Shown: in pieces, positions 62,301 through 64,000 of the stretch
Layout of the letters: each line of letters begins with the position of its first letter
Position numbering within the stretch: the first letter of the stretch is position 1
Origin: Macrostomum lignano
Lineage: Eukaryota
DNA length: 64,000 nt
Direction: 5' to 3'
Assembly (NCBI GenBank): GCA_002269645.1
Contig: NIVC01003555.1
Span: 27,656-91,655, forward strand
Position numbers and translations under genes: made by a program
Notes under the pieces: model-generated
Seen by the model: the letters and a program-made list of their open reading frames with translations, nothing else
Database searches by the model: none
What the model was told of the DNA's origin: nothing

Positions 62301-64000
62301 GTGAGTATCAGCGCCATGACTCACAATGGCGACATTTCTGACACACTTTAGCATGAAATTGATCAAGAAGTTTGACTGTTTCAGAGAAGAACAAGAAGAG
62401 GATGATTGTAGGCGGCTCCGAGAGCTCCCTACCGCCTCAGTTCAGAAGTGAGTATCAGCGCCATGACTCACAATGGCGACATTTCTGACACACTTTAGCA
62501 TGAAATTGATCAAGAAGTTTGACTGTTTCAGAGAAGAACAAGAAGAGGATGATTGTAGGCGGCTCCGAGAGCTCCCTACCGCCTCAGTTTAGAAGTGAGT
62601 ATCAGCGCCATGACTCACAATGGCGACATTTCTGACACACTTTAGCATGAAATTGATCAAGAAGTTTGACTGTTTCAGAGAAGAACAAGAAGAGGATGAT
62701 TGTAGGCGCTCCGAGAGCTCCCTGCCGCCTCAGTTTAGAAGTGAGTATCAGCGCCATGACTCACAATGGCGACATTTCTGACACACTTTAGCATGAATTG
62801 ATCAAGAAGTTTGACTGTTTCAGAGAAGAACAAGAAAAGGATGATTGTAGGCGGCTCCGAGAGCTCCCTACCGCCTCAGTTCAGAAGTGAGTATCAGAGC
62901 CATGACTCACAATGGCGACATTTCTGACACACTTTAGCATGAAATTGATCAAGAAGTTTGACTGTTTCAGAGAAGAACAAGAAAGGATGATTGTAGGCGG
63001 CTCCGAGAGCTCCCTACCGCCTCAGTTTAGAAGTGAGTATCAGCGCCATGACTCACAATGGCGACATTTCTGACACACTTTAGCATGAAATTGATTAAGA
63101 AGTTTGACTGTTTCAGAGAAGAACAAGAAGAGGATGATTGTAGGCGGCTCCGAGAGCTCCCTGCCGCCTCAGTTTAGAAGTGAGTATCAGCGCACGACTC
63201 ACAATGGCGACATTTCTGACACACTTTAGCATGAATTTATCAAGAAGTTTGACTGTTTCAGAGAAGAACAAGAAGAGGATGATTGTAGGCGGCTCCGAGA
63301 GCTCCCTGCCGCCTCAGTTCAGAAGTGAAGTATCAGCGCCATGACTCACAATGGCGACATTTCTGACACACTTTAGCATGAAATTGATCAAGAAGTTTGA
63401 CTGTTTCAGAGAAGAACAAGAGGATGATTGTAGGCGGCTCCGAGAGCTCCCTAACGCCTCAGTTTAGAAGTGAGTATCAGCGCCATGACTCTCACAATGG
63501 CGACATTTCTGACACACTTTAGCATGAAATTGATCAACAAGTTTGACTGTTTCAGAGAAGAACAAGAAGAGGATGATTGTAGGCGGCTCCGAGAGCTCCC
63601 TGCCGCCTCAGTTTAGAAGTGAGTATCAGCGCCATGACTCACAATGGCGACATTTCTGACACAATAGCATGCAATTCATCAACAAGTTTGACTGTTTCAG
63701 AGAAGAACAAGAAGAGGATGATTGTAGGCGCTCGAGAGCTCCCTACCGCCTCAGTTTAGAAGTGAGTATCAGCGCCATGACTCACAATGGCGACATTTCT
63801 GACACACTTTAGCATGCAATTCATCAACAAGTTTGACTGTTTCAGAGAAGAACAAGAAGAGGATGATTGTAGGCGGCTCCGAGAGCTCCCTGCCGCCTCA
63901 GTTTAGAAGTGAGTATCAGCGCCATGACTCACAATGGCGACATTTCTGACACACTAGCATGCAATTCATCAACAAGTTTGACTGTTTCAGAGAAGAACAA
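59358..64000 (+). CDS. Secreted repeat protein, paralog B (5' part, runs off window): exons 59358-59457, 59588-59668 or -59700, 59795-59848, then at least 27 repeat exons starting 60038
   Basis: MPLKGRAAAVNSLLLLVLLLVGTRCQARPVPGS is nearly identical to the paralog A leader; acidic exon 2 and short exon 3 are homologous to A; same 63-nt repeat exon. The exon 2 donor phase is ambiguous and three repeat exons carry frameshifts. Confidence 0.65.
59978..64000 (+). repeat. Tandem exon+intron array B: 27 complete + 1 partial units of about 147 bp
   Basis: Exon starts counted at 60038, 60185, 60332, 60476 ... 63846, 63991. Confidence 0.97.

Noticed and set aside
59978-64000. CRISPR-like or plain non-coding satellite interpretation of the 147-bp array
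   Set aside because: No unique spacers and the context is eukaryotic; splice signals, frame symmetry and the synonymous bias favour exon+intron units.

Overview
Eukaryotic, intron-rich animal DNA. GC-rich exons and a different minisatellite in nearly every intron suggest a free-living flatworm such as Macrostomum lignano; this is inference, not a database match. Hand-spliced genes: a frameshifted ferritin-like gene lacking ferroxidase ligands (4670-6246 +), an uncharacterised coiled-coil protein (6921-8258 +), LRRC47 (9523-13165 +), a 14-repeat Cad87A/CDH23-type cadherin (15432-26635 +), a C2-DSL-3xEGF Delta-like gene (29359-32360 -) and a tetraspanin (34253-37333 -). Mobile elements: a decayed RTE-like LINE (43546-45744) and a TIR-bounded Crypton/DUF3504-like element (49882-54411) split at a TTAA by a piggyBac (51374-53749). 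The most unusual structure is a pair of paralogous secreted-protein genes (39214-48243 and 59358->64000). What looks like a 145-147 bp satellite is a tandem array of complete exon+intron units: a 63-nt phase-1/phase-1 exon encoding KKNKKRMIVGGSESSLPPQFR plus an 82-84 nt GT-AG intron. There are 10 units in copy A and at least 27 in copy B. All 24 internal exons called in copy A are symmetric, the variants between units are skewed to synonymous changes, and the arrays are homogenised between paralogs whose unique exons have diverged. Splice models are predictions from sequence only; there is no expression evidence.
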